64,000 bases of DNA from Lingula anatina (lineage: Eukaryota; Animalia; Brachiopoda): positions 43,626,788 through 43,690,787 of the forward strand of contig CM120640.1 in assembly GCA_051362555.1 (NCBI GenBank), in the 5' to 3' direction. Made by a program: the position numbers and the translations under genes. This document shows, piece by piece, positions 12,231 through 23,659 of this stretch (the first letter of the stretch is position 1; every line of letters begins with the position of its first letter). The notes beneath the pieces are model-generated. The model was not told where the DNA came from, ran no database searches, and saw only the letters and a program-made list of their open reading frames with translations.

Positions 12231-14278
12231 ATGAGGTAAATAATTGTTTTGAAGCAGGTAGATTGGCTGACTTTATTGATCAATGGAAACTGATTACAAG
12301 TGACCTATTTATTCTTGACATTGTAAAGCATTGTCATATTAATCTAGATTTCAACCGTGGGATTCCCGCCATTGTGAAATCAAATTGCAAGTTTAATAGG
12401 TTAGAAATGTCCATTATTGACATAGAAATTAAAAAATTATTGGACATGAAAGTGATTATTCCTGTGAATAGTGAAGCAGGCCAAATTTTATCACCGATTT
12501 TTTTGAGACAAAAAGAAAATGGTGAATACAGATTAATTCTGAATCTAAAGGAATTAAATCGGTTCATTCCATATCAGCATTTTAAGATGGAAACCTTTGA
12601 GAAAACCCTACCATTGATAACCAAAAATGTAAAAATGGGGTCTGTCGATATCCGTCATGCTTATTATTCAATTAAACTTGCAGATGAACAGCAAAAATTT
12701 TTTAGATTCCAGTGGAGGGATAAAATCTACCAATATACCTGCTTACCCAATGGGGTCAGTGAAGGCCCGCGATTGTTTACAAAACTTCTTAAACCAGTTT
12801 TTGGGAAACTGAGAAGTTTAGGTTATGTTAGTTCAGGGTACATTGATGACAGTTTAATAATTGGCAGTGATGATTTAGAATGTACGGAGAACTTAAATGC
12901 AACAGTTACACTTCTGTCCAAATTGGGTTTCATCATAAATGAAGACAAATCAGTTTTGAGACCAACAAGCAAGTTAAAATTTTTGGGAAATGTTATTGAT
13001 TCTGACAAAATGATAGTAACACTGCCACTTGACAGGCAGGAGAAAATAATTTCTGCATGCGAAGAGTTGTATAATGTTTCAAAGGCACCTATTAGACAAG
13101 TGGCGAGAGTCATTGGGTTGTTAGTAGCAAGTTTTTCAGCTGTGGATTATGGCAAACTGTACTATAGGAAGTTAGAAAGAGCAAAGATTAAGGCTTTACA
13201 AGAATCGAAGGGTAACTATGATGCACCCATGATAATATCAAACAGTATGAGGTCAGATTTAATTTGGTGGATTGTCAACTTGAAATCCCAGCATAGGGTT
13301 ATTGCTAGACCAAACCCCTCAGAGACTTTACATACAGACGCATCCACTTTAGGTTGGGGTGCAAGTTATAAAAACAATAATTTTGGAGGTAGATGGACGG
13401 ATGTAGAGGGTAAATTGCCTATTAATGTATTAGAATTAATGGCCATTTTGAATGCACTCAAGTCCCTCAAACGTGATCTTAAGTCAAAGCATATTAAGGT
13501 GATGTCAGATAACACTACGGCAGTGTCATACATTAACAACATGGGAGGCACAGTTTCTGAAAACTGTAATAAAGTAGCATGTGACATATGGATTTGGTGT
13601 ATATCACATGATGTCTGGTTAACATGTACACATATAGCTGGCAAAAATAATGAGGCAGCAGATAAGGCTTCCAGAGAATTCAAGGATGATCTTGAATGGA
13701 AATTAGACAGCAAGATTTTTCATAAGATATGTAATTTTTGGGGAATCCCAGATATAGACTGCTTTGCATCTAGAATAAATGCTCAAGTAGAAACATATTG
13801 TTCATGGAAGCCTGATCCAAACTGCTCTTTTGTTGATGCTTTTACCATTGACTGGGAAACTTTTAACTCAGTTTATTTGTTTCCACCTTTTAGCTTACTG
13901 GGAAACTGTGTGCAGAAAGTCAGACAGGACAGAGCCAAGGGAATCATTGTAGCACCAATGTGGCCCACACAATCATGGTTTCCGAGACTGATGGAATTGT
14001 TGGTGGAGAAACCAGTCATAATACAGAAAAAGAAGAATCTTTTAAGACTTCCTCACCTGCAGTTGAAACACCCTTTGGAAGGGAAATTAAGACTGATTGC
14101 TTGCAAAGTGTCAGGAATAGTTTCAGAGAACGAGGATTTTCAGAGGACTCTACCAAAATACTTATGTTGTCTTGGAAAACAGGGACACAAAAACAATATA
14201 ACACACACATTAACAGGTGGTTTCAGTACTGTAGTAAAAGGACGATTACTCCACTTTCGCCAACTTTGGAAGCAGTAA
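12161..14278 (+). CDS. DIRS ORF2: reverse transcriptase + RNase H + adenine-methyltransferase-like domain
   Basis: RT motifs RLILNLKELN, LPNG and YIDD; RNase H motifs TDAS, LEL, SDN and ADKASR; MT-like motifs DCFAS...VDAF...YLFPPF. The frame is open from 12161. The track's 12263 start is a TTG, not an ATG. Confidence 0.95.
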   Translation, partial: SWSRAFFCKKLCTQGTEESAQAINEVNNCFEAGRLADFIDQWKLITSDLFILDIVKHCHINLDFNRGIPAIVKSNCKFNRLEMSIIDIEIKKLLDMKVIIPVNSEAGQILSPIFLRQKENGEYRLILNLKELNRFIPYQHFKMETFEKTLPLITKNVKMGSVDIRHAYYSIKLADEQQKFFRFQWRDKIYQYTCLPNGVSEGPRLFTKLLKPVFGKLRSLGYVSSGYIDDSLIIGSDDLECTENLNATVTLLSKLGFIINEDKSVLRPTSKLKFLGNVIDSDKMIVTLPLDRQEKIISACEELYNVSKAPIRQVARVIGLLVASFSAVDYGKLYYRKLERAKIKALQESKGNYDAPMIISNSMRSDLIWWIVNLKSQHRVIARPNPSETLHTDASTLGWGASYKNNNFGGRWTDVEGKLPINVLELMAILNALKSLKRDLKSKHIKVMSDNTTAVSYINNMGGTVSENCNKVACDIWIWCISHDVWLTCTHIAGKNNEAADKASREFKDDLEWKLDSKIFHKICNFWGIPDIDCFASRINAQVETYCSWKPDPNCSFVDAFTIDWETFNSVYLFPPFSLLGNCVQKVRQDRAKGIIVAPMWPTQSWFPRLMELLVEKPVIIQKKKNLLRLPHLQLKHPLEGKLRLIACKVSGIVSENEDFQRTLPKYLCCLGKQGHKNNITHTLTGGFSTVVKGRLLHFRQLWKQ

Positions 14279-15081
14279 TCGAGTTTTTAACTGAACAATT
14301 TAATAAAGGTTTGGGTTATGAGAGTTTGAACACTGCACGTGGAGCTCTCTCAGCTTTAGGAATAAACTTTGATGGATTCAGAATTGGAAATCACCCATTA
14401 ATTATCAGATACATGAAGGGTGTGTTTGCAGCCAGACCATCACAACCCAGATACACAGAGGTGTGGGATGTTGAAAGAGTATTGACATATTTGAGGAAAC
14501 TTTCTCCTGTTAAGCATATAACTCTCAAAGATTTGACATTAAAGCTAGTGATGCTCATGGCTCTGACTCAAGCTGCACGTACACAAACTTTGCAGTTGTT
14601 AAGTTTTCAAGGTTATAAAAAATTGAGAACTGAGTTTTTGTTCAAGTTAGATGGTTCTTTAAAACAAAACAGGCCAGGTTATAATGTTGTTTCAGTATCT
14701 TTTAAGGCCTACCCTCCAGACAGGAGGCTTTGTGTGTATACTGTATTGAAGGAATATTTGTTTCGCACGAAAGTCATGAGAAATGACAAGAACTGTGCAC
14801 GTTTGTTAATAAGTTACATGAAACCACATCATAATGTCGCAAGAGACACAGTAGCAAGATGGATAAAAACTGTTATGAGTAGAGCTGGTATAGACACTTA
14901 TACATTTAGCTCTCACAGTGTTAGAGCTGCAGCTACCTCTAAGGCAAAAGCCTCTGCAGTACCTATATCAGTCATTATTGACAAAGCTGGTTGGTCTAAG
15001 AAAAGTACTTTTGCGAAGTTCTATGACAAGCGCATTGTAAGTAATCAAGACAGATTCCAGGATGGAGTTCTGGGTAAATAA
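13975..15081 (+). CDS. DIRS ORF3 tyrosine recombinase
   Basis: Catalytic residues R (AAR), HSVR, W (AGWS) and Y (FAKFY) are present. Overlaps ORF2 by ~300 nt; first ATG at 13975. Confidence 0.95.
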   Translation: MVSETDGIVGGETSHNTEKEESFKTSSPAVETPFGREIKTDCLQSVRNSFRERGFSEDSTKILMLSWKTGTQKQYNTHINRWFQYCSKRTITPLSPTLEAVIEFLTEQFNKGLGYESLNTARGALSALGINFDGFRIGNHPLIIRYMKGVFAARPSQPRYTEVWDVERVLTYLRKLSPVKHITLKDLTLKLVMLMALTQAARTQTLQLLSFQGYKKLRTEFLFKLDGSLKQNRPGYNVVSVSFKAYPPDRRLCVYTVLKEYLFRTKVMRNDKNCARLLISYMKPHHNVARDTVARWIKTVMSRAGIDTYTFSSHSVRAAATSKAKASAVPISVIIDKAGWSKKSTFAKFYDKRIVSNQDRFQDGVLGK

Positions 15082-15128
15082 AGAATCTTTTGAAATGAAT
15101 GAAATGTTTGTCACATCAAGCTTTAAAG

Positions 15129-15254
15129 TCTCAGTTAAGACCAACGAAATTCTTCTTACGAAAAAGAATTTAAAAAATTAAACGAGACTTACCTTGGTTA
15201 AGTCGAAGTTTGATTTCAATTCTTTGAGTAAAGAATTGAGGGAGGGCTTAACTG
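15129..15254. repeat. DIRS internal complementary region (ICR)
   Basis: 15131-15170 is the reverse complement of the left end 10841-10880. 15167-15254 is the reverse complement of the right end 15395-15482. Confidence 0.95.
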
Positions 15255-15824
15255 CCACCCTCCCACCCAACTTTGGGTTACAGCTCATTGCTTGTATTAT
15301 AGAGGAAGAGAGCTGTGGGGAATTAATGTAATTAATTCCATGTGGTTAATGTGACAAACACTTTGAAAAGTGCCCTGCGCGCGCAACCGGATCTCAGTTA
15401 AGCCCTCCCTCAATTCTTTACTCAAAGAATTGAAATCAAACTTCGACTTAACCAAGGTAAGTCTCGTTTAATTTTTTAAATTATACGTAAATGTTTGCCC
15501 AACAGTTTAAAGAAATACCTCTTGTCGTTTAACTCTGATTTACAACAGCAAGGTCCAAGGCGGTTGCGAAAATTTGTAAACTTTTATAGGGTGGTATATT
15601 AATTGACTTTTTTATCAATTTTTTTTTTAGTTTCCGCATTGCATCTGCTTTTAAAAATGATTTTTGGGAGAGTGTTAGGAGAGGCAGTTCAGAGGTTGGT
15701 TAATTGGAGCAAGAATTTCTATGGAATTCTATCTTGTACCTCCTCGGTCAGAGAAGAGAATCATTTACCTCAAGAAATTTTTCTTCAGACCAGTAGATTT
15801 TAGGAAACTGGTGGTCTGAATGGC

Positions 15825-16000
15825 CGGGGCCGTAGCGATAGTCCGAAGGTTCAATAGTCCGAAGGATCATTGGTCCGAAAGTTCACTATAGAACCTTCGG
15901 ACCAATGAACCCTTGATTAAAAAATCGATGAAAATGTTACCACTTTTCGGACCAATGAACCTTCGGACCAATGAACCTTCGGACTATCGAGACGCCCCCG
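15825..16000. mobile_element. 176-bp non-autonomous DNA transposon (MITE) with a 6-bp TSD
   Basis: CGGGG...CCCCG termini, internal inverted arrays of a ~16-bp TCCGAAGGTTCA unit, TSD AATGGC. Near-identical inverted copy at 26202. Confidence 0.9.
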
Positions 16001-16152
16001 AATGGCCAGTAAGCAGAAAAGTTTATGGCACAGACTGAATAAATAATTTAAGGCTTCATGTTATTACTTCTGCACACCATTACATTGATGAACCTTCCTT
16101 TTGGGTTAATGTAGGGTAATTGGGTTAAAATCTACAGTAGGATGAGGCTTAC

Positions 16153-16210
16153 CTGTGCAAATCTGAGAACCAATTCTGTATCACAGGGGATACTGATACA
16201 TGACCCCCAA
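16153..16210 (-). other. Candidate upstream Ldb exon
   Basis: Flanked by ttgcag and CAG/GTAAGC. Has an open frame ending in phase 2 that is compatible with exon 8122-7985. No homology support recognised. Confidence 0.35.
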
Positions 16211-16667
16211 CTGCAATATGGCAGGGGAGGGGGGGGGGGCGGCTCCCTTATTTTCTCTGATCAGTGTGTCGTACAGTACCCCTGCTTCTCCCTTCAAAAG
16301 CACAGTATGAGCAAAACCAAGCAAATTTTTTTGCTCCACATGCTAAACATCTTGTACATGTTAAAATTTCTTCATCTACTAATAAATTCTGGATGTAAGT
16401 TATTAATTGATATTCAAATTTTTTTTCTTAAAAAGATACTGGTAGACAACTTGAAAGGATGGCAACAAAACTAAATTATAAACAGCATTGCACATCCATT
16501 ATTTTCTACAATTCTTATCACAACATAAATTATTTTACTTTTTAGAAGAAACAATGTAGTTTAAAACAGTATTTATCCATTCGTTCCCTTTCAAACTAAA
16601 CAATTTTTGATCCACATTTATTTCATGTATAATGTTACTTTGTTTTTAAAAATTAAATTATAGTTGG

Positions 16668-19600
16668 AACAAGGCAGCAAAGCTGTCAAATGTACAGACA
16701 AAAAGCAGGAAATAACTGCACAAAATAGGCTACTGTCAATTCTGATGCAAAAGTACATTATGTTAAACTGCAAATTCAACATCAAATTTTAATTATGCTC
16801 AACAGGTAATACCAATGTAAGTAAAACGTGTAACAAGCATAAGGCTTCAGGCCCATGGGAGTTCAAGTTCACACTTTGAAAATGTATAACTTCCAGAAAA
16901 AGAAGCCAATTAGACTACTTTTCCAACCCAGGCTGCATTTTAGTCCTGCATTTCTTTTTTGAACATTTGGCAATCATAAGTAACATGGTTTTCCCATAAT
17001 GGTCATCATGGCAGCAGCACCCATAATTGTTTTCTTCTATTCTGATGCAATATTACATATTGGTTAACAGCATAATGACCGTCAATTTTTAATAATAAAA
17101 TATACGTATCATGGATTTTCAGAAAATGTGACTAGCATGGGTCTTCAAGCATGTAGAACTTCAAAGTCACACCTTGAAAATGCCAATGTGTGAAATATGC
17201 TGAAAAGTGAAAAAAAAGCATAACTTCTACAATAATGGCCCGATCATGCTGGTTTTCGAACTTGACCTGCGTTTTATGAATATTCATCAGCTCTGTAAAT
17301 ATAAAGCCCAAAAGTAAAACTGCCTTCCACTTATTGTGTTTACAATGAAAGTGCAAGGTGCCGGTGACGGCGGTGATGGCGAAGACAGACGCAGGTGATG
17401 GCAATATGTACAGACACATTTTTGACACATCTGTACATATTTACTGTACTGTTTGAGAACAGTAAGTGACATGGTTTTTCTTAAATGGTCATCATGGGAG
17501 CAGTGCCCAATGTAGGTTTTTTTCAAATTTTGATGCAATATTACATAATGTTTAACAGCATAATGACCATCAAATTTTAATAATAAAATATTAGTATCAT
17601 GGATATTCAGAAAATGTGACTAGCAAAGGTCTTCAGGCCCATGGAACTTCAAAGTCACAACTTGAAAATGCCAAAACGTAAACAAGACAGCACTGTTCTG
17701 AAATGTTTTTTTTTTCCATTTTTAACAATTTTTAACATAAAACAAAATTAACAGCTTACTGCCATTTTTATATGATCAACTAATAAAATTGATGAGATGG
17801 GAAAAATATCAATAGAGCAGTGTTAAATGTCCAATTTCTTCCATTCTGAGATTCTGAACATAGTGAATGATTGAATCTGACAAACTGCAATGATATGAGT
17901 TTATTTCCACTTTTGAAACTTTATTACACAATACACGATAACAAATTAACCATCATTTTTACAAAATCAACTAACAATGTTATAAAGATGCAGGAAATGT
18001 CAAACAAACACTTTTAATATCTTATTAATTAAATAATGAAACTGTTAACATGCCTAAGAATTGAATCTGAGGAAATGTGTAAAAACAACATAACTTCTAA
18101 AATAATGGCCCGATTATGCTGATTTTTTAACTCAACCTGCATTTTAGCAGGAATGACCACTCCTGTGAGTTTAATGACAATTGGCCTATCTGTTTTTCGT
18201 ATATTGTGTTTACAGTGTTGCATATGTGCTGAAAAGTGAAAAAAAAAGCATAACTACTAAAATAGTAACCTGATCATGCTGACTTTCGAACTTGACCTGC
18301 GTTTTAGTAAGATAGATTACTCCTGTGAGTTTCATGACAACAGGCCTATCGCTTTTCCTTGGAATGTGTTTACAGTGTTGCATATATGCTGAAAAGTGAA
18401 AAAAAAGCATAACTTCTACAATAATGGCCCGATCATGCTGATTTTCGAACTTGACCTGCGTTTTATGAATATTCATCAGCTCTGTAAATATAAAGCCTAA
18501 AAGTAAAACTGCCTTCCACTTATCGTGTTTACAATGAAAGTGCAAGGTGCCGGTGACGGCGGTGATGGCGAAGACAGACGCAGGTGATGGCAATATGTAC
18601 AGACACATTTTTGACACATCTGTACATATTTACTGTACTGTTTGAGAACAGTAAGTGACATGGTTTTTCTTAAATGGTCATCATGGGAGCAGTGCCCAAA
18701 GTAGGTTTTTTTCAAATTTTGATGCAATATTACATAATGTTTAACAGCATAATGACCATCAATTTTTAATAATAAAATATTAGTATCATGGATATTCAGA
18801 AAATGTGACTAGCAAAGGTCTTCAGGCCCATGGAACTTCAAAGTCACAACTTGAAAATGCCAAAACGTAAACAAGACAGCACTGTTCTGAAATGTTTTTT
18901 TTTTCCATTTTTAACAATTTTTAACATAAAACAAAATTAACAGCTTACTGCCATTTTTATATGATCAACTAATAAAATTGATGAGATGGGAAAAATATCA
19001 ATAGAGCAGTGTTAAATGTCCAATTTCTTCCATTCTGAGATTCTGAACATAGTGAATGATTGAATCTGACAAACTGCAATGATATGAGTTTATTTCCACT
19101 TTTGAAACTTTATTACACAATACACGATAACAAATTAACCATCATTTTTACAAAATCAACTAACAATGTTATAAAGATGCAGGAAATGTCAAACAAACAC
19201 TTTTAATATCTTATTAATTAAATAATGAAACTGTTAACATGCCTAAGAATTGAATCTGAGGAAATGTGTAAAAACAACATAACTTCTAAAATAATGGCCC
19301 GATTATGCTGATTTTTTAACTCAACCTGCATTTTAGCAGGAATGACCACTCCTGTGAGTTTAATGACAATTGGCCTATCTGTTTTTCGTATATTGTGTTT
19401 ACAGTGTTGCATATATGCTGAAAAGTGAAAAAAAAAGCATAACTACTAAAATAGTAATCTGATCATGCTGACTTTCGAACTTGACCTGCGTTTTAGTAAG
19501 ATAGATTACTCCTGTGAGTTTCATGACAACAGGCCTATCGCTTTTCCTTGGAATGTGTTTACAGTGTTGCATATATGCTGAAAAGTGAAAAAAAAGCATA

Positions 19601-20690
19601 ACTTCTACAATAATGGCCCGATCATGCTGATTTTCGAACTTGACCTGCGTTTTATGAATATTTATCAGCTCTGTAAATATAAAGCCAAAAAGTAAAACTG
19701 CCTTCCACTTATCGTGTTTACAATGAAAGTGCACGGCGCCGGCGCCGGCGATGACGGCGACGACAGACGCAGGTGATGGCATTATGTACAGACACATCTA
19801 TATATATATTTACTGTACTGTTTGAGAACAGTAAGTGACATGGTTTTTCTTAAATGGTCATCATGGGAGCAGTGCCCAAAATAGGTTTTTTTTCAAATTT
19901 TGATGCAATATTACATAATGTTTAACAGCATAATGACCATCAATTTTTAATAATAAAATATTAGTATCATGGATATTCAGAAAATGTGACTAGCAAAGGT
20001 CTTCAGGCCCATGGAACTTCAAAGTCACAACTTGAAAATGCCAAAATGTAAATAAGACAGCACTGTTCTGAAATGTTTTTTTTCCCCATTTTTAACAATT
20101 TTTAACATAAAACAAAATTAACAGTTTACTGCCATTTTTATATGATCAACTTAGAAAATTGATGAGATGGGAAAAATATCAATAAAGCAGTGTTAAATGT
20201 CCAATTTCTTCCATTCTGAGATTCTGAACATAGTGAATGATTGAATCTGACAAACTGCAATGATATGAGTTTATTTCCATTTTTGAAACTTTATTACACA
20301 ATACACACTAACAAGTTTGCCATCATTTTTACAAAATGTTGTAAAGATGCAGGAAATGTCAAACAAAAACTTTTACGTATCTTATTAGTTTAATAATGAG
20401 ACTGTTAACATGCCTAAGAATTGAATCTGAGGAAATGTGAAAAATATGCTGAAAAGTGAAAAAACAGCATAACTTCTACAATAATGGCCCGATCATGCTG
20501 ATTTTCGAACTTGACCTGCGTTTTATGAATATTCACCAGCTCTGTAAATATAAAGCCAAAAAGTAAAACTGCCCTCCACTTATCGTGTTTACAAGGAAAG
20601 TGCACGGCGACGGCATCGGCATCGGCATCAGCGACGACAGACGCAGGTGATGGCAATATGTACAGACACATCTGTGTCTGTACATAAAAA
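16668..20690 (-). mobile_element. Helentron-associated (HINE-like) element with an internal ~1189-bp tandem array
   Basis: Subterminal IR ATGTACAGACA (~16690) versus TGTCTGTACAT (~20675); terminal palindrome ATGTACAGACACATCTGTGTCTGTACAT; GGC/GAC-rich microsatellite; ~3 near-identical units (identical ORFs at 18029 and 19218 are 1189 bp apart). Confidence 0.75.
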
Positions 20691-21905
20691 TTGGCATTAA
20701 GTTTCACATTTATGAGTCAGTGTATTTTATGTACTGGTATACTCTCTTAATTGGATGGGAAAAATGATATAATTTTTATTATCATTATCACTATTATCAT
20801 AAGATATATGTAGCTAGAAAAAAATCTTGCAATTGTGTTAAACTCAGATTAATTATTGCAACAAAAAAGCAGCAGTTCAATACCAACAGTGAACTTACAC
20901 TATTTTTACTTGCATTTATAAATTCCAAGCACATTACAAAACCCAGAAAAAGGTAGCATTAAAAAACTTTTTGCCTAAAGATTCATTTGTCTGAAAATGA
21001 AAAGTTTACTAAGCTTTGGAAAAAAGTTTATTGAGAATCACCCTTGAGATGCATCATAAAAATAACATTATAAATCCAAAAGATGCACACAAACACACAT
21101 ATGGATTAACAATTTGAACACCATTAGTACAACTTTCAGATCAAACAGTTTTGTTGAAAGAGAGGATTAATTGGATAAGAAATATTCTGTTATGGAGAAA
21201 AAGGTATCCTGGATGTAACAATGAAAATATATAAGTTCCACTTATTAACCTAGCTGTGATTTCCTTCTGTGTAATAAATATACATCTCTAAAGAGTAACA
21301 ATTAATGTACTTGTTTAGATTTTCAAATCAAAACACTATTTTTCCAATGCTCAATACACACATATATATTTATATATAATCAATATAATAATAATATTGT
21401 CCTGCTTTGTTTTTATAATTGTTTTAAAGATAATTTCAATTCTCGTGAGATTACCTGATATATATATTTATATTTACAGAACCTTCACTGAAGATGTTGT
21501 ATGTCAACTTTCTCCAAATCTTTTTTTACAAATTCACTACCTGCAAATTAGTGAACAAGCATTTTTGTCTCTGATATACAGAAGGTGTATATTTCAAAGG
21601 AATACTCAAATCTCAAATAATAAAAAAAATTATTAGTGGTTAATATTCTGCAAGATTCTATATTAAATTATCAAGATAAATATGAACCTTTTCCCTTTTC
21701 CAAAACACTGAAGCTTAAAAATAATATCTTAGATGATAATGCACATATCCCTTTTTATTTATTTATTATATTTTTTTGCAGATTAATTAATTTCATTAGA
21801 TATGTTAAACGGTAAATCAAACCCTGGGTTCCCTTATGAATCAATATTATTTGAACAATTCCAAAAAAAAAAAAAACATAAAAAACTCAGACATGGAAAC
21901 TATCG

Positions 21906-22889
21906 TCATGCTCCCTTGACATCAGACACACAATCCCTCAGCGTTTGGAGTAACATTTCACGTTGAACCTGCCCTGACACAAATCTCATTAATTCTCCAA
22001 TCAGTTCACTTCCTACAAGCTCTTGAACTTTAGCAACAATCTTCTTCTTCTCCTCATCTGTCATGTTCTTCAAAACTTTAATCATAGAACTGTATTCATC
22101 GGACATCATGTAGCCAGCAACTGCTCCTAAAATGTGTGCAATGTGAGAGTTGAAAATGACTTTGCCTTTTTTACCCTATTGTTTCTTTTGTTGCTGTTCT
22201 CACAGGTGTGTGTGTGTGTTTTTATTATCTAAAAAAAAAAGAGTTTGTTTCAAAACAGTTTGTAATACATGTAATTGCCAAATTTGTAACAGCATAAATT
22301 TCAACAACTTTGCAATAAATCATACATTATGACAAAGCAAACTTGGTGTTCAAATTTACAAGTCCTGTAAAAAAAGACATGTTCTTACCTACACATGTCC
22401 CAACAAGGGCACCAGCTGGACCTCCAACTATACCCCCCACTGCAGCTCCACCTGCAGCTGTAGCCATCTGTTTGAATATACCTTGAAGTTTGAAATGAAT
22501 ATATAGAAGTATGGTTATTATAAATTATTGGTCTTAAAAGTTGATCAATGCCCCTGCACAAAATTTTCCCTGTATTAAATTTATTAAAGTCTAGGCATCC
22601 TAAATACTGATTGCAGTAAATACCTACTGGGTGAATCAACATGCATAATAAAGACTTGAATCAGGTTAACAGATGTATTCAATGAATAGATGCAAGTTAT
22701 AGTTATTTGAATTGTATACAATGCTAGTTGAATTCTTAACTTCGGCATTGTTACTATTTTTTCTTTTATTACTTGCTACAAAGAAAAAATACCCTTTGCT
22801 GTTTTCTTCATATCTTCATTGGTTTCCAAAATCTGCATCAGCTGATTATAATATGGAATGAAAGCAGACCCAACACAGACACTTGCCAT
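21906..22889 (-). CDS. C19orf12: C19orf12-like glycine-zipper membrane protein (~136 aa)
   Basis: Exons 22889-22793, 22481-22389 and 22126-21906 splice in frame with GT-AG sites. Contains the AGGAAVGGIVGGPAGALVGTCVGAVAGY zipper followed by ...VLKNMTDEEKKKI. Confidence 0.8.
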
Positions 22890-23659
22890 TCTACAATGAA
22901 ACAGAAACCAAGATTATAGTCATGTATGTGTCATGCCAAAATCAGCACACCTGGTAAAATAGACACATCTGGTGATTAACAAGAATGAAAAAACAGCAAT
23001 TTTTGAGTTGCATGTACACATGTATTACATGAAGTTTTATTTCAAAACATATTTAGATAATATAAACAGATTTAGAAATAACCAACAAAGGTGTGGCATG
23101 AAAATTATCTTAATGCTACACTTGTTTAACATGTTGTTGTGCACAAGCTGGTTCCATTGTATACTTACAGTTTATCTTTCAATTTTGTATTTTGAACTTT
23201 ATACATGTACTAGTACTAGCTGGTATGTACAGTGTAGTACATGGGTAGCCCAGTAATTATTTTGTTGTGCCTATCGATTCTGATAATGATTTTGAACATA
23301 GTTTCATTTTATTTGGCAATCATCATTTGAATACATATCAAAGAAGTGACCTATTTTTGGCAACCTACAGTACATATCATAACAGGACACAATTAAGTAC
23401 AGTACATGTACATGTACATGTACATCACGGAACCACTTTTCTTAATCCTTACAAAACTCTTGGGTTAGATGAGTTGTTTTAACACATTTCCTAACTTAAT
23501 AAAAGCGGAACTTAACTATGGCTATACTGTTTCATATATTGAAATCAACGAAATTCATATAATTGTTGCACTTGAAAATGAAAGTACCTGTATATATTAT
23601 ATGATTACGCATTGCGCTTTTCTCATATTATTGGTAGAAATAAAATAACCATTTTAAAA

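Larger units (their letters stand above)
10841..15482 (+). mobile_element. Full-length DIRS1-type tyrosine-recombinase retrotransposon
   Basis: Contains gag, RT/RNase H/MT and YR ORFs. 36-bp ITR cores at 10872-10907 and 15367-15402 differ by one base. The ICR at 15129-15254 is complementary to both ends. AATT sits at both boundaries. Confidence 0.97.

Noticed and set aside
11319-14210. Antisense ORFs inside the DIRS
   Set aside because: Shadow frames of the long sense ORFs, with no recognisable motifs.
9917-15795. Possible older hAT-like element enclosing the DIRS (CAGGGCCGAAGAA / TTCTTCAGACCAG)
   Set aside because: Only 10 of 13 bases match and there is no TSD.
15825-16000. Short regularly repeated TCCGAAGGTTCA units resembling a CRISPR array
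   Set aside because: No unique spacers, inverted arrangement with a TSD, and eukaryotic context: this is a MITE.
17132-20707. Repeated 60-135 aa ORFs that look like a small gene family
   Set aside because: Chance frames in the tandem HINE units, with inconsistent stops between units.
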